Of a DNA stretch of 64,000 nt, positions 62,821 through 64,000 are shown in pieces. Both the position numbers and the translations under genes were made by a program. The notes under the pieces are model-generated. The model saw nothing but the letters and a program-made list of their open reading frames with translations, searched no databases and was not told the DNA's origin. The stretch lies in contig OY969811.1 of NCBI GenBank assembly GCA_963703315.1, positions 1,440,001-1,504,000 of the forward strand, read 5' to 3'. The DNA is from an uncultured cyanobacterium (lineage in GTDB: Bacteria; Cyanobacteriota; Cyanobacteriia; Pseudanabaenales; Pseudanabaenaceae). Position 1 is the first letter of the stretch; every line of letters starts with the position of its first letter.

Positions 62821-62942
62821 TAGCCCTGTAATAAATTACGGGCTAACAGCTTAAACCCGTTGAAACGGGTTAATCATAGCAACTCTTTAGTCTGCTTTAG
62901 CCGACTTTAGCTTTGAGCCAAGAACTTTAGTTCTTGGAGTTG
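62821..62942. repeat. Cluster of short hairpins (REP-like)
   Basis: tagccc...gggcta, aacccgtt-g-aaacgggtt, ccaagaact-tt-agttcttgg. Confidence 0.55.
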
Positions 62943-62997
62943 CGTAATTGCTATTTTTATAGAGTTGTCAATATTGAAGATGAGATAGATAAATTCA

Positions 62998-63432
62998 ATG
63001 GAATCTCTTGAGTCCATTCTTACGGATCTGCATGGTAAATACAAAGATCCTGATGAGGCTAAACCCAATGCTGCTAAGCCGAATGATGCTGAGCAGGTAA
63101 GCGCGAGTTTACCAAATCAACCGATCGCATTGTCTAGTCCTGCTTCTAGTTCTCTTGATCAGTTGTTAAATGATTTGCGGAGTGGTTCGCCAAGTTCTCC
63201 GCTTACCACTTCTGAAGTTATGCCCCAACAGTCAATACCTGCAATTAATCACGATTTACAACAGGTAGCGGAGCAACAAAAAGCCAAAGATCAACAGGCG
63301 ATCGCCAAACAAGCGACGGAATGGCTCAATCAACTTGATCTGCTAGGTGGTGAAGGTTTATGGTTTGAGGAATTTGCAAAAAATTATCCTTCTCGTTTAG
63401 AAGCCGCGATCGCCTTACTTCAGTCCCATTAA
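62998..63432 (+). CDS. Slr1339-family (salt-stress-associated) protein
   Basis: C-terminal A.EWL..LD...GEGLWFEEFA..YPSRLEAAI. Confidence 0.7.
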   Translation: MESLESILTDLHGKYKDPDEAKPNAAKPNDAEQVSASLPNQPIALSSPASSSLDQLLNDLRSGSPSSPLTTSEVMPQQSIPAINHDLQQVAEQQKAKDQQAIAKQATEWLNQLDLLGGEGLWFEEFAKNYPSRLEAAIALLQSH

Positions 63433-63498
63433 CCTTACACAAGTCTTGCAAAGCAAGGTTTTTGTGAGGTTTATACATTAATCAAATGACTAAATTTT

Positions 63499-64000
63499 AT
63501 GCATATCTATCGTCTAGCCGTTTTAAGTGATAACTACGTTTTTGTTCTCCATGATCCTGACAAAAATATCGCGGCAGTGGTTGATCCTGCGGTATCTGAG
63601 CCAGTCTTAGCAAAATTAGAAGAATTAGGTGCAGATTTAGTTGCAATTTTTAATACGCATCATCATAGCGATCATATTGGTGGTAACTCGGCATTGATTA
63701 AGAAATTCCCCAATGCGGTTGTCTATGGTGGTGAAAAGGATCGCGATCGCATTCCCCATCAGCAAGTATTTTTAAAAGGAGGCGATCGCGTGAGTTTTGG
63801 AGATCGGCAAGCTCAAGTATTTTTTGTTCCTGGTCACACCTACGCCCATATTGCCTATTATTTTGAGCCAGTTTCTGATCCAATGGGTGATCAAGGTGGT
63901 GAATTATTCTGTGGTGATACTTTGTTTGCAGGGGGCTGCGGTAGATTGTTTGAAGGTACGCCCGCGCAAATGCTCAACTCGATCGACCAATTGCGCCAAT
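63499..64000 (+). CDS. gloB: Hydroxyacylglutathione hydrolase (glyoxalase II), 5' part
   Basis: Hand translation [15 protein letters not shown]...VVDP...[11 protein letters not shown]...VPGHT..HI...[16 protein letters not shown]; runs off window. Confidence 0.93.
   Translation, partial: MHIYRLAVLSDNYVFVLHDPDKNIAAVVDPAVSEPVLAKLEELGADLVAIFNTHHHSDHIGGNSALIKKFPNAVVYGGEKDRDRIPHQQVFLKGGDRVSFGDRQAQVFFVPGHTYAHIAYYFEPVSDPMGDQGGELFCGDTLFAGGCGRLFEGTPAQMLNSIDQLRQ

Noticed and set aside
1..64000. Very frequent GCGATCGC
   Set aside because: This is the well-known cyanobacterial HIP1 octamer; used only as a marker of native versus foreign DNA.

Overview
Chromosomal window from a cyanobacterium. The evidence is very frequent HIP1 octamers (GCGATCGC) and the gene content; the repeat style suggests Pseudanabaena or a relative (inference). 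Housekeeping genes (thrC, rpmF, argB, aat, clpB, GuaB3-type IMPDH, rplI, pdxA, dnaA, gloB) are interleaved with three variable AT-rich patches: (i) a co-oriented cluster of dynamin-like GTPase, DUF433, three KGK genes, DUF29 and an HNH nuclease (17.1-21.9 kb); (ii) a toxin-antitoxin / kinase-HEAT / DUF2442-HTH islet bounded by a duplicated kdp promoter and kdpA start (23.2-26.7 kb); (iii) a Uma2 / YoeB toxin-antitoxin patch (42.7-44.4 kb). Other features: a kdpABGCD operon facing a Na,K-ATPase-like P-type ATPase, a class I lysyl-tRNA synthetase, an RND permease split at a G7 run, two tandem ~128-nt sRNA-like units between aat and clpB, and many palindromic MITE/REP-like elements, some nested. 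No CRISPR array, tRNA or rRNA was seen. Family calls come from motif recognition by eye; no database searches were run.
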